A program made the translations under genes and the position numbers. A stretch of DNA of 60,214 bases, counting the filler, from Circinaria calcarea (Eukaryota): the NCBI GenBank assembly GCA_051942165.1. It is 14 parts of 14 records of this genome, joined end to end, with 100 filler letters (N's around TTAATTAATTAA, not from the genome) between each part and the next. Parts side by side here need not be neighbours in the genome. Positions count along the whole stretch, not along the records: positions 1 to 4,222 come from JAVECS010002401.1; positions 4,323 to 8,544 come from JAVECS010002402.1; positions 8,645 to 12,864 come from JAVECS010002403.1; positions 12,965 to 17,183 come from JAVECS010002404.1; 10 more parts are not named here. One strand, 5' to 3'. A model generated the notes under the pieces. It was not told where the DNA came from and ran no database searches. It was given only the letters and a program-made list of their open reading frames with translations. Below, piece after piece: positions 1 to 13,245 of this stretch (position 1 is its first letter; each line of letters begins with the position of its first letter).

Positions 1-1980
1 TTCCCCCGACAGCGTAAGTAGATCCATTCGGGGCCCAGGCAGCTACGAGGACATCCTTTGAGACCCCAGTCCAGGTCCACCTGTACGTAAGTCGTTCACC
101 TACATGATGCCGCATTGCAGGCGCTGAAGACTTCTGGGATCTGAAGCCAAGCTCACGGTTGTGGAGCAGCATTCCCATAGCCATGGTAGAGATCTTGGGT
201 ACGTAATGGACTAGATTTCGGTGAACTGGCAAGGTTCGCCTATCCTGAACAGCAGCATATTTTGTAGGTACGTGGGTTAAATCTGCAGAGTATCGACCTC
301 GATGAGATGGCGCTGCATCGGGTAACACAAGAAGTGGTAAAGGTGGATTAAATGAAACGGTTTGGTTGTGCTCCTCGACCGCTTCCAAATGGTTATCCGG
401 ACAGCCTTTTCTTCTCGAGTTATGAACCTTACGGAATCGAGGAGACTTCACGGTTAGATTTGGACGAGGTTGAGCTCCTGCGTCTTTATTCCTGTCCGCC
501 GCTGGAGTTATAATATTCGACTTCTCACCTCTAAACAATCCTTTAGTGATCGCTCTGTTAGTCCGTTGCTCAAGGACCGCATCTATGATAGCTTTTATCT
601 CTCTCTTATGTACACTACTTAAATGGTACTTATTGTTTCTCAGATACTTGAAGAGCTTAGGGTTTATAACTTTTTCAGCGCACTGCCATATGTCAGCCAA
701 GTATCGGCAAAGTTTACCAAACGAATACTCACCTCTGTTTCGATAGTAGACGTAGCAGAGGCAGAAGATGTATATTGAAACCGAAGACAGGCTTTTCGAA
801 TGATTGGGTAGATCTCGTTTTGAAAAGCTAAGGTAATGGCGGCAGAGTCTTGACTGGAAGAGACACTATGACGACCAGAAGTCTTTCCCAAGGAGCCGGG
901 CGTATGCGGAGACAGTGGCTCACAAGGATCGGTAGTAGAGGGTTCTTTACCTTCATTAGGGGACTCATGCCATGACTCTCTTGGGACTCGATTCCGGGTT
1001 ATTTGGGGTATGCTGTGACTTCCATGCCCGTTGGAGTTGGGTTGAAAAGGATCGATATTTTGAGCTTGCAGACCACCCACCAGGAGGGCCTCATTAGAAC
1101 TGAAAGTATCGCTTTGGACCTTGCTTTTTCGAGGAACATAATGGTCACCCGGATTATCAGCCGCGCCTAATTTGGATTGACGTGTTCTCTTTCCTTTCCT
1201 TGGTGGTGAACCAAAGATCACCTCACACAAGGGATCCTTCTGAGGCTGTAGGCGGTCCTTCTTGTTTTTTGACCCTAGAGGCCGACCTCTTTTCTTTGCC
1301 CCAGCTACTGTTCCTGTTCCTTGCTGACCCATATGTACAACGGGTTTGTCTTCATTGAGATTTTGCGTACCACCGCCGACATTGGTTTTTCGCGATGGAC
1401 CAACATTCGAAACCTGAGTATCACTCCATGCCTCCGGCGCGGGAGGACCAGACGTGGGAATGGTGGTAAAAAGATTTTCATCGTCTAGATTAGGCGTATA
1501 TAAGCCTGATGGTGAAGATGTGAGGTCGATTACTGTCTTCGACTGGCCCATAGGGCGAGTCACATTAGTCGCGGATGGGCTGCCTCGGTATTTACTCGAT
1601 CCGCTATGGAGGTTCGCGAATGGACCAGCAACAGATGCGGAGGTACTGGTTTCAATGTTGTGGGCGACTGCACATGACTTCCGGGATGCATCACTGCCGG
1701 CAGCCTGGTGCTGAAATACAGGACCGGGGGTCATAGAAGCTGGGGTACCCTGTGACAGCTGCGGCGCAGGCAAGGCCGGAACAGAATTTATTGAGCGCGT
1801 GTATAAATCCATGGTATGGTCCCTGAACCGAGCAGCGGCATTTTGAGCTCTTGACGCGACTGAGCGCAAAGTGTCAAAATCATGGAATATTCTCCCACTC
1901 TCCTCATTGCTAGGAGCTGTAGGATCGTGGTCCAACTGGAGTTTCTCCAAGGACATGGACAGCAGCTCTCGTTCCCGCAA
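1..1980 (-). CDS. Raf1/Dos1/DIM-9-like WD40 (DCAF) protein; 3'-truncated by window start, true start uncertain (possibly upstream to ~2165)
   Basis: ORF 664-1980 splices via a GTGAGT...GCTGAC...CAG intron (683-732) into an exon open from 682 to base 1. That exon reads ...LLHNRELGFRSQK...RWTWTGVSKDVLVAAWAPNGSTYAVGG, resembling the 'LL..RELG...W.G.S.DV...AW.PDG..F..G' start of the WD region in Rik1-associated factor 1-like proteins (recalled similarity). Confidence 0.55.
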
Positions 1981-3598
1981 AGAACAACCTCTCCAAAAGC
2001 GTATCGAAGCAAGCCTTTAGCAAGAATTGTGGGGTGAGTATCGAAGATTCTACGAACTACTGACTGTTGGCATTCGTTTACATTGCGGGTAAAGCGCCGG
2101 GCGGCAGGATAATTATGGTAACCGCGCGGTTCACAGTACTCGACCCATTCCATGACAATAGACATTCCAGAGAAATCTCAGTTCTGAGACCTTATATAGA
2201 CTAATCTGGATGTAGATATGCTCGAGACACCTAGACAACCGCAATAACCAGCCACCGCAACGCTCAACTCTTTCTGCTTTGGCTCTGATAGCATTTTCCT
2301 ACAGACTTTATATGATAGTGCCACCCCACAACAACTTATCACAGCTAACCTAAGCTTTTCGACCTGTTTCAGCTGCCCCTGGTCCCTCACTTTTCCGAAT
2401 CCGCCTTTCCCTGACCGCACCACCATACCATACATTCTATTACCATCCTCGGACTTGAAAGATCCCTGCAATATCCGACCCTACGTCAATTCCTTGCTTT
2501 CCTAGTCAAAAAAATCGTTTCTTTTGCATGCCGTCTAAACATCCTGAATACGTAGACATCCAGATGCATTTAGATATCGTGGCTCAGGGAAGCGAGGGAT
2601 AAATTGCCTTGATAAAATGATATACGGTTGGGCATGAAGGACTAAGCGGAAATGCAAAATCAGCAGGGAGCTTAAGGGCTATTCTACCGGAGCAATTCGT
2701 ATTGACGAGGGCTGAATTGGGCTACGGGAACCTCTTTAGGGCGGGTAGGATGTATGATGGCTAGGAAGGGCGAAGTGGGGAAAATGGAGCAAATACGAAG
2801 ATGGTTGATTTGATATGAAAGTGTCAAAAGCGACAGCGAGACATCCATATGAAATGTTTCTTACAAACCTGAGGGTGAGTACGAGATATTATTCGGTTGT
2901 TAAGATCAAAGCAATTGATTTGGTGGATTATAGTGATAAGAACATCATTTATCAGACTCCTTAGGCCCTTAACCAACCTTCCCATTTGCCTGCCTTCACA
3001 TTTCACACAATACACAAACCCTATCCAACCTCACCATCATCGTCACGGAGGCCTTGGCCCATTACCGTAACGCATCCAGACTTCTATAATCGACTTATCA
3101 ACCCCATTTTCGATTTTGCAAGTACCATGTTGCGCCGGAGGTAGCCAGATAGTTGAGAATAGTAGCGCCCGTCGATGGAGGCGGGATTCTCGTGGTTTAT
3201 GAGATGTACTGGACGGTAGAGACAAGACCTCTACCTTTACCTTTACCTTTCAGCATCCATTCCCATTCCCTTATCTACATGTCTGCGAGCGGTAACAAGT
3301 GATTTGTCAAGTTGTGTACCCCAGGGCCGGGTAGAAAGGGAGATCCAGCCGGAGCAAATGATTCCTAACATCGTCTCACAGCTACTTGTCGCCATCACAA
3401 TCACGAGATTAGCAATGTCGCTAGACGGGTACAAGTACGAAGGTGAGGTACCTAGGTCTCGATAACTACGGAGGCAAGGTACTTGTAAAATAGTACAAAG
3501 CAAAGGCTAAATGCAAGTTGTCACTTCGCGGCTGCGTACCACCAATCTCAGCGGTAGATGCCACTCTACTACTTGGTAAACGGGTACGTAAGAACCAT

Positions 3599-4222
3599 CT
3601 ATAGCTTCGCCTTTCCATTTCCATTTCCATTCCCCTTCTCCTCCTCCAACGCCTCCGCATAGAGCTTGTCCAGTTCCGTGCGATATTTCTTCGCCGTCTG
3701 CGGCCGCTTGAGCTTTAACCTATATACCACCATTAATTCACACTTCAATTAAAATACATCTAAGATACGTGAGGAAACTTACGTCGGTGTTAGAAGCTCA
3801 TTATCAATCGTAAAAGGTTCCAGATACAAATAGCAATTCCTCACCCTCTCGTATCCCATAAACTTATTCTTTCTCCCTACTCTTTCCATTTCCTTACAGA
3901 CCTCTTTCCGGACCTTCTTATCTTTGCACGCAGCCGCAACAGCTTGTAGATCGGTCGCTTCGATTGTCCTGCCGAGCACTTTACTCGCAAAAGGGGCGAA
4001 CGTCTCGGGCAAAACGCCAAAGATGGCTACGAGAAAGGTTTGCATCGAATCGCCATGAACGTAGGCTTGAGAGAGGTAGGGCATGTGGGACAGGTAGACG
4101 TTCTCAATGCGCTCCGGGGAGATGTATTCGCCCTGGGCGAGTTTGAGGACGTTCTTGACGCGATCGATGATCCTGAAGCGTCCACGGGAATCGACTGAAC
4201 AGATATCTCCGGTGCGGAACCA
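3599..4222 (-). CDS. Long-chain fatty acyl-CoA synthetase, C-terminal part, peroxisomal (ends in AKL); 5'-truncated
   Basis: Reads WFRTGDICSVDSRGRFRIIDRVKNVLKLAQGEYISPERIENVY...EPFTIDNELLTPT / intron 3720-3782 (GTAAGT..TAG) / LKLKRPQTAKKYRTELDKLYAEALEEEKGNGNGNGKAKL*. The TGD, IIDRxK and LAQGEY motifs are typical of FACL; the C-terminal AKL is a PTS1. Confidence 0.9.
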
Positions 4223-4322
4223 NNNNNNNNNNNNNNNNNNNNNNNNNNNNNNNNNNNNNNNNNNNNTTAATTAATTAANNNNNNNNNNNNNNNNNNNNNN
4301 NNNNNNNNNNNNNNNNNNNNNN
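4223..4322. other. Artificial contig-joining spacer (first of 13)
   Basis: About 100 nt of N with a central TTAATTAATTAA (stops in all six frames). The same spacer starts at ~8545, 12865, 17184, 21502, 25817, 30132, 34443, 38751, 43049, 47344, 51635 and 55926. Confidence 0.98.
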
Positions 4323-7074
4323 CCTGCTGTCCGTTGGTGGAATTTGACTGTTCTCGTGCGGGGTGATTTCGTTCAAGGAGGACGCAAAGTTTGTGAATCC
4401 GTACCGTTTGGAAGCGTCCGGGACTAGCTCATTAACGGCCCAGAGTGGCTGGGGCCGTGAGACACCGTTTTCCGTGATTGTGAGAGAATGAATCCACTTG
4501 CCAGTTAAGCCGAGAGGGAGCTCGTCTCCGAAAGTGTCATAAGCCTGGACGACAACGTCTTCGCTACGCCCAGAGAACATGCCCTTGGATTTGAAAGAAG
4601 CTATGGCCTTTTCACCCGTTGTTTCGTTCATAATTGTTATAGTCTCCACGGGCTCAACGTATTTCTCACCTGCAATCACGTTCCGAAGAAAGCATTTCGC
4701 AGAATTCCAACTATAATGCTCTCCATTGGTATGCAACACAACACGGGCTCGACCTTCGTTGGCTATTTCCACTGATTTACCCCAGAATTTGGAAATCGGC
4801 TCAAAGGTTTGAACGAAGCTCCACTTCTCCGATTCCGCTTGGCTTGCAATGCGAACTGGCCGATGGGATACCTTCTCAGCAATGAACCGGTACCCCCGGT
4901 CCTCTCTTACCAGCTCGAATGTCTCGCCAAGCATGGGATTGAAGGGCTTACGAAGCGCGCGCTCCTTAACGCGGGCTGATGCTAGGGAAGAGATGGCAAA
5001 TGCAGCAATATGAAGAAGACGTTCAACACTGGAAGATTGACCTGATGCTGCGTCCAATAATTCTGAGTATTCCATTTGCTCACATTGTCGTTGCAAAAGG
5101 GATAACGGCTCGTTCAGCGAGGCAGGCGTCGAGATCGTTGACCAGTCTTTACCTGCATTTTTACGAAGGATACTGATCTGACTTGGAGGACTGACCGTAG
5201 GAATTGGAACGGTCATCCGTCGTTTTACTGATTGCAATGGCAGGGGAGTCAACGACTTTGGTTGTGTCGGAAAGGCTAAACTGGTTGCATCAATCTCCGC
5301 TGATAGCTCAAGCTTATCAGGTTCCTCCACTTCACTAGCAGACGCCGAATCTTCCTCGTTGGCGGTGGAGTCGCGACTTGTATGTTCACCTTCTTCATCG
5401 GTATCTGCATGTAGCGTAAGAAGCTGAGAGACATCACCTGACTCCGCATCAAAAAACTCTTCATCCCCTTGAGTGTCCCAACTCCTACGAGAGGAAACAG
5501 GCATTAGTACTGGCATACGTCGCTGCTTATTTTCCGCAAGCAAAACAGAAAAATCGGCGACGACAGCGTCGAGGTCTTTCAAAATTTTCATACAATGTTC
5601 ATGCAGGTTTTGTTCGGGAAAGGTAGGAAGCAGTTGATTCCGAACAACTGTGGACATTGCCCGCTCTGTAGGTATCAACATGCTGTTTGACGGGGATAGC
5701 GATGGCTGAGCGGAGACGCTCCTTTTAAAGGGCTTTGGAAGTGACACTCCGCTGCTTGGTTTACGCTTCCAAAATGACCGACGATCATTGAGTTGAGGCA
5801 GTTCATCCGCAAATCCTGCTTCCGTCAGGCTGTCTTCCGTACTCGATGTACTTTGCAACCGTATCGAATCCATGCTCCGGCCAAGAACAGGACTAGGCGC
5901 GTTCGCTGACAGATATTTGGGGTCGGTGTCTTTGGCTAAACGACGGACATCATCACGGGATGCAGCTACTCTCTGAACCAATTCATCCACTTTCGACCAT
6001 TCCCTCTCGTCCTCGGCATTGAACGTCTGGGCTGACTGATGCAATCCCACCGAATCCGGACGTTGATCATAAGACGATGAGAGACTTATGGGAGCCCTAG
6101 ACGCTAGTTCTAGAGCACGTTTCCACGCGGTGAAATCCTTTTGGTTCAAGGCTCTGAGATGCCATACTTCGGCGCCAGAATCAATGGAAATTTCGCGGGT
6201 TTTGCCATTTGCCCCTATCGCAGCCAAGGAAAGTGGAACAGCTCCTCGTAATGCCAAGGTGTGACGGTTGTGATAATATGATAGTGTTGACGAGGCAAAA
6301 TCAAGCGAGAAAAATCTCCGGGCGTAGCCTTGGTGCTTTTTACGACGTCTCTTTTGCAGGATCCCAGTATAGAAGTGTGATCCCGTGATACTGCCGTTGC
6401 GATCTGGCCCTCCTGAAGACGTGCCTTTATTGCTAACCGCGTGAGGAGGAGAGCCGACTGGTGGAACTGAGTCTGACGAGTTTCGATGCTCGAAGCCTAA
6501 CTTCGGTCTTGATCCCTGAACATGATGCACGTGATGACTGGACAGCGGAGCACTATCGATAGGGTAAGTAAGAAGGACAAACGTGACTGTTTTGGAAAAT
6601 TGCTTCGCGAAAGTATTATCGAAGACCAAAGCATACATGCACCCTTCGCTCTTGGGAACAGCATATAAGCCGGAAGTAACCTGGTTGGCTTCACAAACAC
6701 CGTGCCAGGATACCAATTTTAATCCAATGCCCGTTAACTTCTCGATCGCCATGGAGGTTGCGCTTGGGGATGAGGTTTGTTCATGCGATGCATCGTCAGG
6801 TCGCAGATGAGGGGTAGGGGGTGCTTCGAATGTAGAGGAGGGCATCTTCGGAGTGGGAGCAATGCCGGATCCAGGATGCTTGAAGATGCCAAAGTTGATG
6901 GATTTCTTGTGGGGTTGAATACTCCATGATATCGTGTGCTCTGATTTTACTTCTATCCATCGTACAAGGTAAGACTGTAGCAGAGATACAGCAATCAGTA
7001 CTTAGAGGGGGGTTTCGAAAGGGTGTCGAGATCTTTACCCTGCTGTGTATCTCAAGCTCCTCCATTCCTGCCAT
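4323..7074 (-). CDS. OSH3: Oxysterol-binding protein Osh3-like (GOLD + PH + ORD domains); 3'-truncated
   Basis: Exon 1 MAGMEELEIHSR (7039-7074), intron 6975-7038, then SYLVRWIEVK...YALVFDNTFAKQFSKTVTF (GOLD), GILQKRRRKKHQGYARRFFSL (PH), EEFFDAE (FFAT-like), KPFNPMLGETFEL...EKVSHRP (ORD signature). Confidence 0.93.
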
Positions 7075-8704
7075 CTTGGCACCCTTTCAGCTTCTGTCTT
7101 GGGTTTATCGCATCATATCACCTGTTGGGGAGTGTCCGAGCCTCTAGAGACGTCTTGAAGTGAGCCTGTCTGGCATTCCATCACAGCCTCGGTATGGGTT
7201 GGTGCTGACATCTGTCATGTTCGAGGGATTATATGACCATGTTTACCTGCGTTCGGGCTTTCACGCCGGCGAGCGGCACTTCGCAACGGCCGATGCGCAA
7301 ATTAATGCAGCCCTGTGATGCCCGTCATTCGTGCACGGTCCCTTCGGATTTTAGGTGCACTGGAAACCTCCGACGCCTTACGGAATAGCGTGACATGGCC
7401 AATGATGTGAGCAATGAAACTCAAATCAACCATGGTCACTGGCATGACTGCGGTTATTCAGCGATTCTATATATGGACTCTGTACATCCAAATTATCCAA
7501 CGGAAGTAACCAAGCATATCCGAACATGTTCCAGAGGATGGGAAGCCTAGCCTTTGGCTTTAACGAGAATAATACCTGAGTACGTCAACAGCGTATCAGA
7601 AGAAGGCAAGATATATGCAAGGTTCATGACCAACCTTGGGAGTCCATCTCAGCTTTACATAATTTCATGCCCCTTGCAGACTGATATTACGGAACTCGAC
7701 ATCGCCTCAACCATGTGAAGTCAAGAGAGGATGCCCTCCCAACTCTTAATTTTAAATTTGCATCTCGAACCTTATTACGTCCGGCCACGGTACCTGTCTC
7801 TTATATAACTCACTATTCGAGGAATAAACGAACGGGGCGATGCAGGTAGGCTACAGGAGGACAATGCAAAAAGATGACAAGGGCGGGGAAAGGGGGCTAA
7901 AACGTTAAAGAGGAAGGATTATGAAAATAGAGAGCAGCTATAATGGGAACAAGAACATATGCGACAATGAGAACGGTAAGACCCTCTTTATTATCTTAAG
8001 GTCCCCTAAAATTATAGATCTAGCTAGCTTTATAATTTATCTATTACGCATTTCATAGATCGGAAATTCTCAATCCTAGTAAACTATTCCGTCTTGTAAC
8101 ACGTTTTATGCCAGCACGACGTCAACCGGTACCTAACATCAACTAGAATGGGATAGAAAGGAAGGGCATCTACAATGTGAAATCGGGAAATGAAGAGATA
8201 CGAGGCTCCAAGGGTAAGGGAGAGTATGAAAGGGAGAAGGCTTCCGCATCACGACCACATCCAAATAGAGCATCAAAGAGCTGCAAACAAACTTTAAAAG
8301 ACAAAATATCCATCCACCGAAGAAATTCACAAAACGTCTTTGCCTCCCGCTCCCTTCCCCCATTTGCCCCATATCCCAGTCTAATTCACATGTCAGCCTA
8401 ATTGCAAACTCATACTCAACCGCTCGTCAACATACTGAGGTGGAAGCCCTCACTCCTTATTATGAAAAAGGTCCAACGAACTGGAAGAAGCTTTCATCTT
8501 GGCTTTAGGGACTGCCTCCCCCTGCGCTGCTTTGGGAATGAAAANNNNNNNNNNNNNNNNNNNNNNNNNNNNNNNNNNNNNNNNNNNNTTAATTAATTAA
8601 NNNNNNNNNNNNNNNNNNNNNNNNNNNNNNNNNNNNNNNNNNNNCCTTCCCCCCATCCCAAGCCCCTACCGCCCATCTTTGGTCTGGCCGTGTTCCAACC
8701 AGCA

Positions 8705-9988
8705 ATGGCATCTCAGAGTTCCCTCCCGGCTTCCGACTCTTCGACTCTTCACCTTACCCACCCGAACGAATCCGAAAAGATTGAAACCTGGACCATAAAT
8801 GGTAAATCCTGGCGCGGCGCCCTCTCCCTTCCCGCCTACCTCCGCCGGGAGGAGCACTTGGCCAACCAACCATTGACCCTAAACGGGGGTATCACCTACT
8901 GGATATTGGTTGACTCTTCTGCTTCCTTCAACAGCTCAAGCTCCCCCAGTCCTTCTACCTCTGCAGATTCCACTTCGACAAATTTTACCTCCGAACAAAG
9001 GATCATCCTCGCCTCGTGCGAAACAATCTGCAGACGCGCCCTGATAGCTACAAGAGGGAAGGAGGTGGAAGAGGTAGTCAGTCATGGTGTGGGCAGTGTA
9101 TTCTGCAGAGAGGATTTCCGAGGCAGAGGCTACGCGGGTCGCATGATGAAGGAGCTAGGGAAACACTTGGAGCGCTGGGATCAAGACAAAGGCAATACCA
9201 CAAGATTCACTGTTCTCTACAGCGACATTGGCAAGAAATTCTATGCCAAAAATGGCTGGAAGCCCTTCCCCTCAAGCCACATTTCGCTTCCCCCTATACC
9301 GGAAACCTCCCGACCCACCCCATGCCTCAAAGAGCTTCCCATTTCTGCTCCCCTCCGTGCATCCGATCTTACCCCACTCTGTCTCCTCGACGAAACCCTC
9401 CTTCGAAAGCAGATTGTAAACTTTCCGCCGGCATTCGGTCCGAGCATAAGGGCAGCTATAATCCCCGACGTCGCAATCATGCAATGGCACCACGCGCGTG
9501 AAGAATTCACCGCGAGGGAAACCCTCGGACGGGATCCGGAAGTTAAAGGCGCCATTATCTCCCTAGGCCCCGGAGACAAGAACAAAGTCTGGGCCATCTG
9601 GACGCGCACCTTCGGCGACGAAGCGAGCAAAAACAAACTGCATATCCTTCGCATCGTCATTGAAGGCGAATACGAATTCGCAGCCTCGTCAGAGCACTCG
9701 CCTCATGGCCCTCGCACATGGGATGAAAGGACAATCCAGGCCACCGCCTCGATCCTTCTCACTGCCCAAAAAGAAGCCGCAAGGTGGAACCTGCAGACCG
9801 TCGAGGTCTGGAACCCGTCACCTTTGATCGTGCGGGCGGCGAGGGAGTTGGTCCCGCGCGCCGAAGTCGTGCACAGGGAGGAGGATAGTATCGCGAGTTT
9901 GATGTGGTATGGAGACGGGGAGGCCGACGAGGGCAAGCGAAAGGAAGAGGTGGAGTGGGTAGGGAATGAAAAGTACGCGTGGTGTTGA
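8705..9988 (+). CDS. GNAT-family N-acetyltransferase (Lyc1-like lysine acetyltransferase)
   Basis: Intronless ORF, ATG at 8705. Contains the acetyl-CoA-binding motif A GVGSVFCREDFRGRGYAGRMM, plus VLYSDIG..FY..GW and the C-terminal W..NEKYAWC typical of this fungal family. Confidence 0.85.
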   Translation: MASQSSLPASDSSTLHLTHPNESEKIETWTINGKSWRGALSLPAYLRREEHLANQPLTLNGGITYWILVDSSASFNSSSSPSPSTSADSTSTNFTSEQRIILASCETICRRALIATRGKEVEEVVSHGVGSVFCREDFRGRGYAGRMMKELGKHLERWDQDKGNTTRFTVLYSDIGKKFYAKNGWKPFPSSHISLPPIPETSRPTPCLKELPISAPLRASDLTPLCLLDETLLRKQIVNFPPAFGPSIRAAIIPDVAIMQWHHAREEFTARETLGRDPEVKGAIISLGPGDKNKVWAIWTRTFGDEASKNKLHILRIVIEGEYEFAASSEHSPHGPRTWDERTIQATASILLTAQKEAARWNLQTVEVWNPSPLIVRAARELVPRAEVVHREEDSIASLMWYGDGEADEGKRKEEVEWVGNEKYAWC

Positions 9989-11351
9989 AATGGGGATTTT
10001 GTTGACAGAAGCGGGACCCCGGGGGAAGTGGGGGATGATAGACGCCACCTACACGGCCTTTGGGGAAGTTGACGGAGAAGTGGAGAGCTATGGCATCGTA
10101 GAAGCCCATGACAATCCCAACCAGGTTAATCCTATACATACATAGCCTTGCCAAGGATCTATCCAACTCACCCACCCCCCCTTTCCATGAAAAGTACAAT
10201 CCACCACGCGCATCCCAAAGCCAAACGTAGCGTACAAATCTATCGATGCGCCAATCCGCTTTCATGCCTATTTCATTAAATCGTCCCCTTTTTCCCTTTT
10301 ACCTCACTTCCCCCTCCCCAATTTCCTTCCCCCAGATAAAACAGCAGCCCACCCACTCACTCACTCACTCCCAACCCTCCACCTTTCCCCTCCACTCCAC
10401 TCTATTTCCTCATCACAACATAGAGCACAACAGGAGTCACTTTTTCGCAAGATGTTTCCAGCCAAAAGGGGGAGTTTTCTCCAAATCTCCCACACTGTTT
10501 TTCTCGTTTTCCGTTTTCTGTTTTTTTTTCTCCCCTCGCAATGTTTAATCCTTTCCAGTGTGTGTGAAATTACTGTTTTTACCAAGAATGGACAACCTGT
10601 TCCTCTTCGTTTTTTCTCTCTTTTTTTCCTATTCTCAAAGGAAGTAGGCGAGTTGGGGGATTCGCTTATGTCCGGGTTGTTGCGGAACGAGTCCGCATAA
10701 CCTGAGAGTAATGGGGATTTCTAGACCTAGTTCTTCTCGTAGGAGAAAGTCGAAAAAGAATAGAATAGAATAGAATTGCGGTTTGCGGTTTCCGGGATTC
10801 CGAGCTCAGACGTTTTTGTTTTTTCCCCCCCTCCCCTCCCGTCAGGACTTGGAAGCCAGCTTTTACCTTGGCTTGCGGGCGGGAGCTTTGGGAGTCGTGT
10901 GTCCTGGCACTGAAGCTCGCGGATATAGTGAGATCGAACGGGCAAGTTTGGCTTGCCAAATGCCGAAAGGAATTTGAAGGCGTTGCTGGGCTTTGGTGAT
11001 TGGGGTCGCGCAGGACGGGTGGAATTTGGTTTGCTCACTCTGAACAGGATCTCGTTACTTTTTTGAGGGAGAAATTCGCCATGGATGATGTTAAGGTGTA
11101 AGTAATGTTGGAAACGCGGCTGTTTGATGTGGGATTTTGTGTCTTTGATTGGTAACCTCCATGCTAGCAGGGGTTGAGTACTTCCAAAGGGGGTGTTGCG
11201 TTGAAGTAGACGTAGCCTATACCGTGCGCTCCTGTTTTGGCTTGTTGCTCTCAACTTATCCTGGTTCCTTATCCTGAATTCTTCTACCTCTACGGGCTTT
11301 CTGGGGGATTTCAATCGGTATGCTGAGTCCATTCTCTTTATCAAGCCCGAT

Positions 11352-12864
11352 TTAATCCATCCAAGGTCCTTTCCCCCAATCAATCGTATCCAACCAATCC
11401 ACAAACTCCGTGTCACCCATCGACAAGTTCATAAAGCTGTCTTGCGCACCCGAGACTTCGAAAACTGGCTGCGTAGTGTTCTGTTCATCCTCTCGCTCAG
11501 GTTCTAATACCCGGTCAAGGACGTGTTGAAAGATTTTCCGCATACGCCCACAAATCACATAATTTCCATCTGCTGGCCGCACCCAAGCCAGAAAACCAAT
11601 GAACATGCTAAGATTCTGGATTGTCTCGGAGCGAGGCAAATGGAGTTGGCTATTATGGGTATGCTTGGTCTGCTTCAGCATTTCAATGCAGAGTACACCA
11701 CTGGAGGGAACACCATAGGACGTAATCTAATATCCTGTCAGTTCGATGATGCATAGGTAGACTGTGATGTTGTGCCCTTACCAACCACGTAAAGTTAATT
11801 TGGTAGTCCACCAAGCGATCCCTTTGAACCCAGAGGATTACAACAGTGGCTAAAATCTGTCTGGCAGTGTCTAGGAGCTGCTGGCCGCTACTATGACGTT
11901 CTCTTGTCGAAATCTGTTCTAGAAGGAAGTCGTTCTGTAGAATCTTGAGCCTGTTGTTAATATGGACATATAACCATTTGTCGGATTTTGTCGGACACGC
12001 GATATTGTCAGTATTATCAATCAAGCTTGGCGGTAATTGCTTATACATCAGCTTAGCCCGTTGCTTGACAGCACTATGCGATTGTCAGCAGCGTAAATGC
12101 TAATACTCCACCTGGGGACTGACTCGATCCGTGCATCTAAGGGCTCTGTTGATGTACTCAGGGATATTTCCAAGATGTCTTCACGGACTTGTGAGAAGAG
12201 CATAAATGCCCGGCTGCAAGTGGCTGGATGAATCTCCCCGTGTACGTTCCACCCGTGCTCATCAAGTTGACTGACTTCACGTCTCATTTCTTCCACATCC
12301 TCTGCCATCAGACATTGATCACTCAGGTCTAGCGGTAGCTGGCAAGTGGTATAACGACGGCTCAACAGAGGAGGCCGCCCGCTGAAGGATGAGATGGCCT
12401 TATCGTTAATGTACACTGCAATGAATAGTCGTTTTCGTAATTCGGAAAATAAAGACACAGATGCAGCTCCTGGATCAACTTCACGGTGAATACCTAATGC
12501 AGTGAGCGCGGCTACTAATTCACCATGTCGTCGCCAGAGAAGATAACCTGAATCCACTTGTTAGGGCCGGTTTCATGATCGAATCATACCACAACACATT
12601 GAAGATAAATCTACAACTCACTCGTGTCCCCATCAATAATACTTTGCAAGGTTAAGAGTCTTGAAAGTAGACAGAGAACGATATCGTTAATAGTGTCGGT
12701 ATGATCACATAATACCATACAAGCTTCAGAGCACTGCTTCATGCATATCGCAAATTTCATCCTGTTGTTCATTTCCTCTGGCTGGGTGGCGAATAGCTTG
12801 TCCCTATCGTTCAACGCTAGTGCCGCAATACCGAAAAAGGTAAACATTAGCCCAATAGTATCCC
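11352..12864 (-). CDS. Fungal-specific transcription factor (Fungal_trans middle homology region), multi-exon; 5'-truncated
   Basis: Exon ORFs 12611-12847, 12048-12557, 11683-12048 and 11352-11681 include LWRRHGELVAALTALGIHRE and ELRKRLFIAVYINDKAISSFSGRPPLLSRRY, with an acidic C-terminal FVDWLDTIDW. The Zn2Cys6 domain is not in the contig. Confidence 0.85.
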
Positions 12865-13245
12865 NNNNNNNNNNNNNNNNNNNNNNNNNNNNNNNNNNNN
12901 NNNNNNNNTTAATTAATTAANNNNNNNNNNNNNNNNNNNNNNNNNNNNNNNNNNNNNNNNNNNNGGGGAGGGAATCAGGATCACGAACGAGAGCTGTCAG
13001 GTAAGACTACCAAAGTATTCACGAACGAACGGTTTACAACAGCAGGCTGAGTATGTAACAAAATTCCTAGGGCGTGTAGGAGATAGATCGGGCTGAGCTG
13101 AGTCGAGCTAGTGGATTGTATAACATACATTATTTATTTTCACAAGGAAAAGGTTTGGATACCATAGCCCAGTAGTTCAGAAATCCCCAAAACGGGTATT
13201 CCTCACCATCCTATAACCCACACATGGACCGACCTACCGACCCCT

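Noticed and set aside
4267..4278. TTAATTAATTAA recurring every ~4.3 kb as a biological repeat or array
   Set aside because: Always embedded in N-runs; it is a six-frame-stop linker added during concatenation.
7980..8060. Short TpA-rich tract as a RIP'd transposon relic
   Set aside because: Under 100 nt with no termini or coding trace; indistinguishable from AT-rich intergenic DNA.
10727..11416. 229-aa minus-strand ORF
   Set aside because: Overlaps the TF stop in another frame, runs through low-complexity 3' DNA including (AGAAT)n, has a non-ATG start and no motif.
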